DNA of 33,567 nt. It comes from Lophium mytilinum (lineage: Eukaryota). Position 1 is the first letter of the stretch. Each line of letters begins with the position of its first letter. Of the stretch, positions 11,767 through 23,000 are shown piece by piece. The notes below the pieces were generated by a model that saw only the letters and a program-made list of their open reading frames with translations, was not told where the DNA came from and did not search any database. The DNA is taken from the NCBI GenBank assembly GCA_010093605.1, contig MU004201.1, forward strand, positions 404,289-437,855, given 5' to 3'. Made by a program: the position numbers and the translations under genes.

Positions 11767-12292
11767 GGGGGCGTTTCTAGCAAGTGAAATCCATCTATGG
11801 CCCCGATCTTAAATTGGGCCACGGGGGCATTCCTGGCAAAGTGAAATTCATCTATGCCCCCAATTTTGAATTGGGCCACGGGGGCATTCCCGGTAAAGTG
11901 AAATCTATCCATGCCCCCGATTTTAAATTGGGCCACGGGGGCATTCCTGGTAAAGTGAAATCCATCTATGCCCCCGATTTTAAATTGGGCCACAGGGGCA
12001 TTCCCGGTAAAGTAAAATCCATCCATGCCCCCGATTTTGAATTGGGCCACGGGGGCATTCCCGGTAAATTAAGATTCATCCATGCCCCCGATTTTGAATT
12101 GGGCCACGGGGGCATTCCCGGTAAATTAAGATTTATCCGTGCCCCGCGCTAAGCGCTAATTAGCAACGCTAATTGGCAACTTAAAATGGGGCGTTCCCGA
12201 CAAGCTGGAATCTATCCATGCCCCCGAACTAACCCCAAACAGAACGCTAATTGCTAAACGCCCCCGGCAAACTGTATTTCATTTATGCCCCG
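11767..12292. repeat. 57-bp minisatellite (6 full units plus partial and degenerate units) with an internal inverted repeat
   Basis: Unit starts at 11784, 11841, 11898, 11955, 12012, 12069 and 12126 (partial). Consensus GTGAAATCCATCYATGCCCCCGATTTTRAATTGGGCCACGGGGGCATTCCYGGTAAA. Degenerate pieces near 12190-12230 and 12260-12292. Confidence 0.97.
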
Positions 12293-13255
12293 GACACCAG
12301 CGACGACTATTAAAGATATTCCGTTCGCAGCCGGAGTTCTTCCTGTGATACACTAGTTAGTAATTACAAGATTGTTTTATTACTTTCTTATAATCTTATT
12401 ATCTCGTCCTGGTTACGCCATACACCTAATAAAGCCACCCATGTACGGGTGGCAGGCACCTTTTACTCAGGACACTAAAGATTTTCCCCGAGTACTGTTT
12501 TGAATCTAGCCTATTGTAGATAGATGGAACCTAGAGCTACCTAAGCTCTGGCTAAACATCTACGCGGCGTGCGCCCTTGGCGCTCTACATCCGTAATATA
12601 AATGTACTAACCAACTAACCACTCAACTCATCTAGTGCGCCGGTTATTATCGCTCTCACCTCTCCTACTCGTGCTTCGCTGCTAGAGTAAGGGCTTAACC
12701 CCAACTTTATGACTCGTAAGACAAGCAAATGGATTTTAGTAAGTCATGAACACCGGCTGACTGAAGATTACTGGCAAAGCGTAAGACCGGTTTAAATAAC
12801 CTTATATTCCTAAGATTAACCCAATATTCTTCTCTAAACGCTAGTTCTTTATCTGCAATCACTACATTACGCCCGATCTAATTGATTCTCCGCCCCGTTA
12901 CTAGCTATAGGACTCGTTCGAGAAGAATATGGCAATCACTTAACTAGAAACTGTTTCTCAACCCGAACCTGATTGCTGGCAGAGTAGCTAGGAAGTAAAC
13001 GGAGTGAGCTGAACATGAGGATATATTAATGAGACTACGTGTGCTTATATAGGTTGTGCCAAGAAAGCTACATACAGCGCCTAGATGCGTCCGGTGAACT
13101 AGCGTATAAATATGCAGCCATGCAGCGGGGGATCCGTATATAGTTTAGTATAAGAATCCCCTGCTTTTTAGCGCGCCCGTTACAACGTCGTTTATTAAAT
13201 TGATGAAGCTCCACGGAAACGACTGTTGTATATTGCTATAGGCTAGCTAGGTGTT

Positions 13256-13303
13256 AAGCGTATAAATAAGCGTACAAACGAGCGTGTAAATGAGCGTGCA
13301 AAT
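13256..13303. repeat. 12-bp tandem repeat, 4 copies
   Basis: AAGCGTATAAAT AAGCGTACAAAC GAGCGTGTAAAT GAGCGTGCAAAT; transition variants of GAGCGTGCAAAY. Confidence 0.85.
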
Positions 13304-13422
13304 AAATATAAAGCACCGGGCTCCCCCCCAAATTAACGAGCGTATCTCCACTAAATTCCATCTAAATCCATCCGTTCCAAGTGCAAATTGAAGCTCCAAT
13401 GAAGCTCTATAAGAATATACGT

Positions 13423-14917
13423 TTACCACTTTGTAGGCCCGCCCTGCGCAGCGATTACGGCCTGGATCCTCTTAGGCATGGACTTAATAAGCTCCTCCAG
13501 CTCCTCCTCGGTGATTTTATCCCATTCTGCCTCCGCCGCCGCCGCCATTTAATCGTGAGTTCGAGGCCTCACAGCTCAAGCGTCAACTCGTTCCTTGATG
13601 AGCTTCCAGAGGTTTTCAATAGGGTTCAGATCAGGGCTGCTGGCTGGCCAGCTTATCATCGGCATGCCGTCAGCCTCATACTGGGCCTTGGAACGCTTTG
13701 ATTAGTGCGGTGGAGCACCATCCATTATCACCAAGGATGTATTATAGGCGTAAACATTAGTAAACTAATGCTAGAATGTACGCAGCGTTGGGTATACGTG
13801 CTCCAGGAAGCTCTTGGTGTTAATATTGCTATGCGCCTTCTTATTCCAGATAATAAGAGGCCCCTTTTTATTGCCTGCAAAACAGCCCCAAACTATAGTA
13901 TGCGGGACCTTGGCGAACCGTGGCCTTAAGCAGTTAATATCGTACCTAGTAAATTAGCCTATAGATCTTTTAAAGAGAGTAAAAGGCTTTACCGTTCGCC
14001 CGGCTTGCGTGTGATGTACGGCCGCTAGTGCCCTCCTCGGTGCACTACCTTAATATTAGCCCAAAATATACAGATTTCAATGATTTTAATGCCGATTTTG
14101 ACGTACTAGCAGCCTTATCTGTTCATATAATAGTCGCCTAATCAGCTACTGTCTAATAAGCGTGCGCCTGGGCAAAGGCAAGGCGGTATTAGCGGTGTTT
14201 TGCAGTGAGATAGGGCTTAGAAACAGCCACGCAGCGGGTGTAGCCTTCCTTGTTGAGCATTCGTCCGATAGTTCTTCCGCACGCAGTTATTCTAGTGTGG
14301 AAGCCAAGCTCTGCATAGGTGATAGATTGAGCCCACAGGTGGCCGGTGAGGAAGTCTACTAGGTGCTTTCTAGCTAGTGTTCCATAGACTTTTCCATTTT
14401 AATAGCGGCCAAAGCGGGAGGGGGTGGCAGGCTCATTGCATACGCGACGTACGGTGGACGGATGGGCATGCGTTAGGGCTGTAACTTGGCTGTAGGAGAG
14501 TGCCAGGAGGTTACGGAGAGTCTTGATAGAACACCGGAGCTTGTACGGAATAGCCCTAGGCCGAGGATCACGCTGTGCCCGCATGGGCTCTGCACGCCGG
14601 TGGAACGGATTAAGGTCCTCCTGAGCCTGCTGGCGTCTCTCTGCATTACGGAGAGTACGTTAGATAGCTCTACGTGCATCAGCAGCCTCACGCTGCTGCT
14701 GCCGGCGAGCTCGGCGTGGAAATGCCACTCCTCCATCTTGACTATAGTGCATTATCGGCGTAGGAGGGCTCCAATTAGCTGGAATTGGTTTAATTGAGGC
14801 TGCGCGCGCAGCAAGGCGAGAGCTACGTCGAATTTGAAGCGTTGGAGATAGAGGCGGCGATGGAGATGCAGATGAATTACACCACGGCGCAGCGGAGGGG
14901 GGGAAATTAATGCCCAA
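13423..14917 (-). mobile_element. Tc1/mariner (DD34E) transposase pseudogene with two introns
   Basis: HTH-like region (STVRRVC..., RTIRRMLNKEGY...KPYLT), then I*TDKAA (WTDE), VWGCF, MDGAPPH and WPASSPDLNPIENLW, with exactly 34 residues between D and E. Ends SMPKRIQAVIAAQGGPTKW* at 13423. Introns 14106-14045 and 13992-13946 restore the frame. The same frame extends upstream to at least 14917. Confidence 0.95.
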
Positions 14918-15479
14918 GGAGGCAGCTAAGCATTCTGGAACGGCGATTGATAGGTGGAAGAGGATGTAGAGCGCTCAGAAAAGGCATAAGAGGAACCAGA
15001 ATTAGAGGCTATAGCCGCAGAGGCACCGCTGCCACCGGAGCTTAGCATGCGGCCAAAGGCCCCCACCATATTCTTAAAGAAAGAGGGAGTAGATAGCTAG
15101 TTCTGTGGTGTACAAGGAAGCTCTAGAGGAGGGCCAGGCCTAGGGCAGGCGCTGCAGTACCCCCATTCATCATGGAAGGCCGGCAGGCAGCGTGGCCCAA
15201 GAGGGGGCATGGTGTTGAGCGGCGAAATAAGTGGAAAAAACGGGTATGTCTGAGCTTGTCTAGATTGTCCTTAGTTTAGTGGTAAAACGCGGTGATTTTG
15301 GACAGGTATATACACGGCGCGACAGCTACGTTATATACGTACACATTATCCAACAGCTCGGCTACAAGCTCGGCTACGTTTTCAGCTGATTTCTTCCTTT
15401 TTCGCCATTTCTTATCTCTCTTACGATCCTTCTCTTCCTCCACGACCACTACCGTCATCAAATCCATTAAAACAACCCC

Positions 15480-16105
15480 CGGATATGCATTTCCCGGCCT
15501 TCCGGCGCGTTCTTAGGGTCTGTTGATGTGCTCTACGCGACAATTGAGGTCAGGCGGGCACTTAGCCGTAAGGAAACTCGGGTACTAATTCAGTTCTCAG
15601 GAAAACACCACTAAAAAGAGGGGGACGGCTGGCCTATATACGCCTCTATCACAATCACACGGAACTAGCTAATGTTGAGCTTTGATGTTGCTAAGAGCCG
15701 CGCGGCTAGAATCAGCTACTTTATGCGCGCCGGAGGAGCTTCTATATTCAGCTAGTTCGTGCCTTCACACCAGCGCTAGTTTACCGGACGCATCCAGGCG
15801 CTGTAGAAAGGACGGAACGGCTACGTAAGCGCACCGTATATATAGGCTTCCAGCTAATATATAAATCCACGGATTAAAGCTATATATAGAGAGCCTAGCC
15901 CGCAATTAGAACCCGTTCCTCGGCTAGAGGCCTCGGCTTACAATAATAACGAGTGGTTCGGCACTAGCTTTACAAGCCTTAGAATAGCCTTAACACTTTG
16001 CACGCCTAGCACCCCAGGTACCCCGAGTGCAGATGCAGGCCGTATTGACGCGTATATAAAGTGACCTGCTCGTGGAAATATTGGCGAGAATATCTAGGCT
16101 ACTTA
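15480..16105 (+). pseudogene. 5' part of an unknown degraded gene interrupted by the gypsy insertion (continues at 25045-25440)
   Basis: Long coding-like frame broken mostly by TAA/TAG. The reconstructed empty site ATCTAGGCTACTCAACTTGG is continuous with sequence after the 3' LTR. True frame uncertain. Confidence 0.35.
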
Positions 16106-16334
16106 TGTGAAGCCAGCAAGTGAGTAAACTGTTTAATAGGCGGTTTTACGGGTAGAGGAGAGAGAGACCTGTTTTATTTTGGGTAGTAGTGTTATATTGG
16201 TTTCGGGAAGGAGCTGCCTAGCTACCTAAGTATGTTTTAATTCAGCTCAACTTACCGCTAGTTGCAGAACTATAGAATATAGCCGTAGAAGCCCACATTA
16301 ATTAATAGACAGTGTTCTCTTTCCGGATCTTTTC
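16106..16334 (+). repeat. 5' LTR of the gypsy element
   Basis: TGTGAAGCCAGC...CCGGATCTTTTC; aligns without gaps to 24810-25038 with 13 differences by manual count, all transitions. Confidence 0.97.
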
Positions 16335-16352
16335 TGGCGCCCGACGAGAGGC
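16335..16352 (+). promoter_or_regulatory. Primer binding site, tRNA-Lys-like
   Basis: TGGCGCCCGACGAGAGGC directly after the 5' LTR, resembling the tRNA-Lys PBS TGGCGCCC(A/G)A. Confidence 0.75.
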
Positions 16353-16739
16353 TGGCTCGGGCAAGGTTCCGTCCTGCTGTTTGCTTGTATTTATTCGTCA
16401 CCGTGTCCCGCTAATAGGAAAAGTATTAGATTACTTAACCCCAATTAGAAATCTACGTCCATTCCTAAGATCTATTTCTCTTCTTACCCTTAATCTCAAT
16501 ATCATATCCTCGTACCCACCTTCCCGTACCCATCTTCCCCTGTCTACCTGTTGCCCATCTCTCTATTATCACCACAACCTTTTTAAATATTATTGCTGTT
16601 GCCTAAGACAAGTCCCCACAGCACGATCTGGCGCCCCCTTAGGCCAACCGGTCACCCACGCAAGAAAAGACACCGCGCTACTATCCTTCCTTCTTACATT
16701 AGACCCCTAAACCACTTTCCAGCCGACCTTCTCCTAGAG

Positions 16740-19700
16740 GAGAGCGTCCGGCTACACTAAACCGCAAATACGTCTCAACCAGGAGAAAACATCCCACGAT
16801 AAGAGCCGGATCACCCAGCGGCCACCAACTAGTTAACACTCATAATCTTTCCAACCGGGACGACACCACTACCATACCAGACTCGTCCACTCATCCCGTA
16901 GCAACTCTAGTTTACTAGGCCAGATCATCCAGAACCCCGTCCAACGCGTAGCGCCAGCTTGCCCACCCAAGCAGTTCCACCCGTCCGAAGTGAACACGAA
17001 CCAGCCGCTAAAGAAGTTCAATCAAGAAGGGAAGCAGTAGAACGTCTCATTGCATCTTTTAAAGACCCAGCTCGCTTGTCCCGGGGGACCCGCTCTTACT
17101 CGCCAACAAAATCCGGCCTAGGAAGATACGAGCCACCTACCGCTACTAAAGAAGGCACGCCATTTAAGATCGAACAAGATCTTTCTTAGGCAGCCCGAGA
17201 AGAGGTCCATATACCAACATCTCCGCGGCCCTTTAACCCTAGACGCACCCCTATACAAGAATTAAGCCCTATACTTAAAACGGGCGTTCACCCCACAGAA
17301 GCTGAATCGTTAGTTAACTTGTTAGACCTGCTCGACAGCTCCAAGATGTTTAACGCAAGAATTGACTGAAGAGAAGGAGATGGCTCTACACCACTTAACC
17401 AAGCGTTCACCCCGCGCCGCCTCCCGACAGGAGTCACCCTAGAACCTTTCTTAGCAGCACCCCACCAGAATACGAGAAGATGGATCCAACGATTTGATTG
17501 TGAACGAGGACGAGCTCCAGACGGACGCGAAGTGCACCCGGCGGACTGGCTGGAGGAGTTTAACATTATGCTAGATGGGGACGCTGCAGGATAGGCAGAC
17601 ACGGACTATATCGTTAAGAATTTGTTGTCCGATAACGGATTAGACACTGCCACCAGAGAGACCGTCAATCAAGTCAGAATGGCCTTCTTGGAACACTTCC
17701 GCCCCGAGGAAGCTAAGGCACGGAACCCGATCCCGGACATCCAGAACCTTCATTAAGGAAGGGAATCATTGCGGCAGTACTTTCAACGAGCCCTGACACT
17801 GCTAAAGGCGGCCGGAGGAGAGAACCAAATTAGCGGACAATCATTCTCAGCGCTGTCAATCCTAAACCTCACTGTTGAACGTTTTGTGGCAGGTATCACC
17901 GACCCAGAACTAAGAGTCCGCATAATTAAATACCCATTGCAACCCAGCTAAACGCTCCGAGGAGCCCTTGTGGAGGCAGAAGCGGAAAAACGACAATTGG
18001 AAGCAGAAGCAGACATAAGAGACTAGATCCGCGAAGAAGAAGAGCGACAACTATTGAACATAGTCAAATACTGTGTCATAGCACGTTAGGAACCGCCGCG
18101 TGACATCCTTAAGAGAATTAGAGAGATTGCACCAGCGTCACCGCCACCCCAACCACCGTTAGCATTCTTGTTAACTGAAACACAAACCCCACCAATTAGC
18201 ACCACCGTTGCTATCTACAACAACCTGCCAGCCAACAGATCGGGATATTATTGAGACGAGAAGAAAAGCAGTATATCCTCTACTGCATCGCTCCCAGACC
18301 CCCGCAATAGCTCCAATAGCTATGGGAGCCGGGGTGGCTACGCTAAGAGCGGCGGTTATAGAAACTATGCAAACTACAGCAGTAGCTACAGAGGATTAAA
18401 CAACCGGAACCAGGACCGGAGCGGGTTATTTGCGCTACCGGACCTGCCAAGGGACTCCCCTCTAAGACCCGAGAATTAGAACACCAACGCCTAAGGCCCA
18501 CCACAGACGCAAGGAAAAGTATTATCCGCGCCGACACCACTCTAGGGTGCAGCTGCCTCATCCACCTCTCCATATTCACCCTCCAAGTTTAACCCAGTAT
18601 TATCCACTAACCCGTATGTAAACGGCACCTACCCACTTTAGTACTCGTACAACAATCCCATATGTCTAAGTTGCGGACAAGCGGGTTACCTTATTAGAGA
18701 CTGCTCGGGCACACCTTTAAAATGGTAAGAGAAAGAACATCTAAAGAAGTTGTACATGGAATCTAAAGAACGTTTTGAGCAGTCACGGAACAATAGGAAA
18801 GCCCCGGCGGAGGAAGCGGCCAGCCGCCTGGTAGAGACAAACGACTTAGACGCGGGCTTCGAGTCCGATGACACCGAATAGGAGGAGGTTAAGATCGCCG
18901 AGGTTATGCCAGTTGCGGCAAAGAGAAAGAGGACCCAGCAGTTAAGTGATTCAGACACACCTACAGCGAACCGTAAGGGAGGGAAAACTTGACCAACCAA
19001 GACACCGGCATTAAGCAAGCCCAAACCACCACTAAGATCCATCCAGGCCCTAATCAATAAGAACCCGATTAGTATCTTGGACATTGCAACTCGCATAAAC
19101 ATCGTCTTGCTAATTGCTTACCTGGCTCAGATCTCACCATATTTTAGAGATGAGCTTAAGCGACTACTCACCGCACTAAAACAGCCCTCCAAGAGGAAGA
19201 AACGGGACCTAGACGAAATGGACACCTCGGGGCCTAGCCCTGCTAATGGCGGTTTCGGTGCCAATACCGGTTTCGGTTACCAACCGGAGACAGTGGTTGA
19301 AGATCGAACATTCAATAAGTTGTTCGAAGAAACCGAAGAAGAAACGCACGCCACGTAATAACCGAAGCCCCAAACGTCTACCGCCCGGGGTGGAGGGAAT
19401 ACAAAAACCTTATTATCCCATGTGCCGACCGGAGAGACAATAAGCGTCGCCACTAAGGTGCTCCGGGAGATTATTTAGTGGAGAGAGCGGGACAAGACCT
19501 ACCGCGCATTTGGCATAGAGGGAGTCGTGTCCAAGCTAGGCGAAATAACCGGTTACCGAGTTACAAGAGAAGAGACATTGGCGGATTAGGGATTGGAGAT
19601 CAATCTTATCTATTCCAAGCTGCTGAAGAAGATGGAGCTCGTCCTCCGATCCGTCTAAACTATTGGGATCCCCGTCTTCGTTATGATCCTCGCCGATGGC

Positions 19701-20072
19701 ACTAAGATCCGCTTAAAGTACTGGGTATAATTCACTCTAATCATCGCTGGAATTAGTAGAGATGTTTGGGCATTCGCGTGCCCCTGGAGCCCGAGATCTA
19801 GCATTTCCCTCCTTTTAGGAGTTCCGCACCTCTCTAGTGTCGACGCCCACTTCCGCATCCGCTAAGGAGAAATCGCTATTGGGGACACCGCTTTGAAAGA
19901 ACGAAGGGTCACCTTACCTGCGCCCACGCGAAAGTCACAGAGAATTATGACAAAATCAGCTCTTCAAGACTCGCCTGAGAAAATGGAAGAGGACACCGCG
20001 GAGGACTCCGACAACGAAGCCTTATCTAATAAGGCATCATCCAGCGATCAGCAGGAGGGGGTTTTTCCGTAA
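16740..20072 (+). pseudogene. gag: gag-protease ORF1 of the gypsy element
   Basis: ORF pieces starting 16959, 17769 and 19077 share one frame. Capsid-like *GRESLRQYFQRA; zinc knuckle CLSCGQAGYLIRDC at 18663-18704 (H>Y); protease-like LAD*GLEINLI at ~19578-19610 and SLLLGVPHL at ~19810. Start approximate. Confidence 0.85.
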
Positions 20073-23000
20073 GTCCTAGGCAGGACTATAAACTGCCTAA
20101 GCCTACGGTAAAGCTTAAACAACCTATCACTTTCCGCGCAAATTGCTACCTTATTGAATGGACGAATCCCGACAAAATTAAACTACCTTGCAGGTGCACA
20201 ACTAGACACTACTGCCTTAGACACTAGAAAGGGTCACCTATTCACGACAAAGCTGAAACAATGCTCACCCTAACGGGAACCCACGCCATAGACCCCGGAC
20301 CCCATTAAGATTATTACCAACGGTTCCCAACATCACGCCGAGTGGTCCGCCGGGAGACGGACTTAACCCGGGGGAAAGAGGAGCTAGAGGAATGGGCGAC
20401 GCAAAAAGGGATCGAGATAGGACCTCTGGTGTTAGATGAGGAGCGGCTAGAGGTACTAAGGATCCTTTTAACATACAGAGACCTTAAGGCCACGGGGATA
20501 TTAGATATGCCTGCCCCTACCGACCTCATCACCCATAGGACCTAAATCCGAGAAGAAACACCTGTGTACAAAGCCAAACAGCACAGGTATTTACCGGACA
20601 AGGAATGGTGGCTCAGGAAATTCGTGACAGAAGGGATGGAATCGGGGATGTACGAACGAACGACCGTGGCCAATAGACGTTTATCCCAATGGGGAGCAGC
20701 ACCAATCCTTGTAACTAAAGAAGGAAAAGCAGAGCTAAGGCTAACCTTCAACTACCACTACGTGTACGAAGAACCGCCCGGAAACTAAATGGAACTATTA
20801 TCGCGGGCCCATTCATTCCTGTTGATTCCTACCCACTAAGCCTACTCCCATTTCGACCTCAAAAATGCATACTGGACGGTGGAAATACACCCGGACGACA
20901 GGCACTATCTAGCCTTCTCTATACCATGTATTGGACAACTGCAACCAACTCGAATGGCCCAAGGAGCGAGATCATCTTCCTTTACTATGAACGAACTGGG
21001 AAACATCGCCCTTAGAGTAATCCCCGAACCCAATTCAGAGCCATTCTTTCTGCATTCGGAAGACCCTAATACCCCTGCGGAAATGACCTTCTACATCGAC
21101 GACCTATTTCTAGCCCATTCCTCTTGGAAACGACACCTTATATTTATTAGGGACCACCTTCTACCACGCTTGTTGTAGGCTAGACTTTGTCCATCCTTCT
21201 TAAAGATTAAGATTAGCATAAGCAAACTGCTTGCACTTGGACAATGGCACGAAGCGGGAGGAAAAGTCACCATTAAGCTAGAAAGGGTTAAGAAGATCCT
21301 TGAGTGGCCAACACCATAAGACGTCACCGGGGTTAGAGCGTTTTTAGGAACCGCCATCTCAACTAGAGCATGGGTAAAGAATTATGGTAAGATAGCTAGA
21401 CCTCTGCAGAGACTTACTGGAAAGGTTGATTGGCGCTGGGGATACGCCGAGTCGCTGTCATTTAATCTGTTACGGAATAAATGCTCCACAGGCGCAGCAC
21501 AACACGGCTGGGATCCGGCGCTGCCAGTTGACATGTACACAGACGCTTTCTAATTCGCCGGAGGCTGCTACATTAGCTAAATTCAAGGCGGAAGAACAGT
21601 CCCCATTATGTACGATTCCTTCACCTTCACGGCGACGGAACGAAACTACGACACACATAAACGCGAGCTTAGGGCCATCGTCTACTTCTGCAAAAAACAT
21701 GGCTACATGCTGCAAGGCTTATAAACCTCCACAATATATACCAATCACAAGCCATTAATAGGCTTCCTTAACAGTGACACCCATAAGGACATCTTCGCCC
21801 GATGGGCCAACAAACTACGGATGTACAACATTAAGATTCAGCACATTAAAGGAGAACGAAATACCGTGGCAGATGGACTTTCTCGAACAATCTTTGACGC
21901 AGAATGTTCCGTTACAACTCTGGTAAAAAAGATTCGGGAAGAGGTTAGCAAGCACAATGACGTTGATCATGAATGGTTCTAGAAATCCAACAAGGGAGGC
22001 TATAAAGAATGGCTTAAAGGACTAATAGAGAGCGAGCGGCGGAAGGTGATTAGCGAAACAGAAGAGGCACCAGTTGGTTGGGTGTCATTTGGGTTCCCAT
22101 GGGACAAAGAAGACATAGTAGAAGCAGAATGTCTCGCAGCTAATAAGTTAACGACAAATCTGTCGGACATCCCAGGGGGGTTAGAGGAAGACCTAACAAG
22201 CTCCGAATCTAAGAGCTCGTCGGGTTTGTTCGTCAGGGAAACTCGGGCAAGGGAGGCAACGGAAGGAACCAACAACACTAAACCAGATTCGTTCGACGGG
22301 ACGAGTAATGAGGAAGGAATCGATAAAGCACCAGATAAAGAGGAGCCCGAGGAAGAAGGCGAAAGGATCGCGTCAGGCTCTGTGTTGGAGACCTTATCAG
22401 GCTTATTTATAGGAGCACTTAGAGCAAGGAAAATCTCCTAGAACCCAACACATCCCAGAGCTGAGTCGATTGCACCACCCATCACCGCGCAAGAAGCAGA
22501 AGAAGCGCATCGGCACAGACAAGGTGCAGATCGGGAGCTTAGAGACGAGATGGACCGGATTAGAGCAACGTGGTACGAAGATCTAGAGGGGTACTATTGA
22601 GACCAGAAAACCCCAACACACTGGTCGAGGCAGGAGCAACGACGTTTTAAGAGAAAAGTCTAAGATTTTCGATGGGACACTAACACAAATCGCCTCCTTC
22701 ACCGGATGGGAAGCCGTTGGGTTACTTGCATTAACCTAGAAGAAATATCCACCATACTCTAAAGAACCCATAACATGGCAGGTTACTTCTTAATCCGCGT
22801 TGTACTAGAGAAGCTAAGGTATCGCGTGTTTTGGCCCGGGATGGCGAGAGACATTAAGAGCTATATTGAAGGATGTATTACCTGCGGATTCTGGGCACAA
22901 GCCTACAAAAGCCAGAAGCTGTCACCAATTCACGCCTTGAAACCATTCTCCCTTATTGGTGCCGACCTTATAGGTCCTCTCACTCCCACGAAGGATGGAA

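Noticed and set aside
11784..12152. 57-bp array as a CRISPR array or as a real 19-aa repeat protein gene
   Set aside because: No unique spacers or cas genes, and the context is eukaryotic. The ORFs on both strands are limited to the array and follow from the 57-bp period.
4023..13250. Starship captain (tyrosine recombinase) or Helitron Rep/helicase
   Set aside because: No recognisable catalytic motifs; only unassigned decayed ORFs.
16625..16640. Second TGGCGCCC as another PBS
   Set aside because: Only 8 bp and not preceded by an LTR copy.
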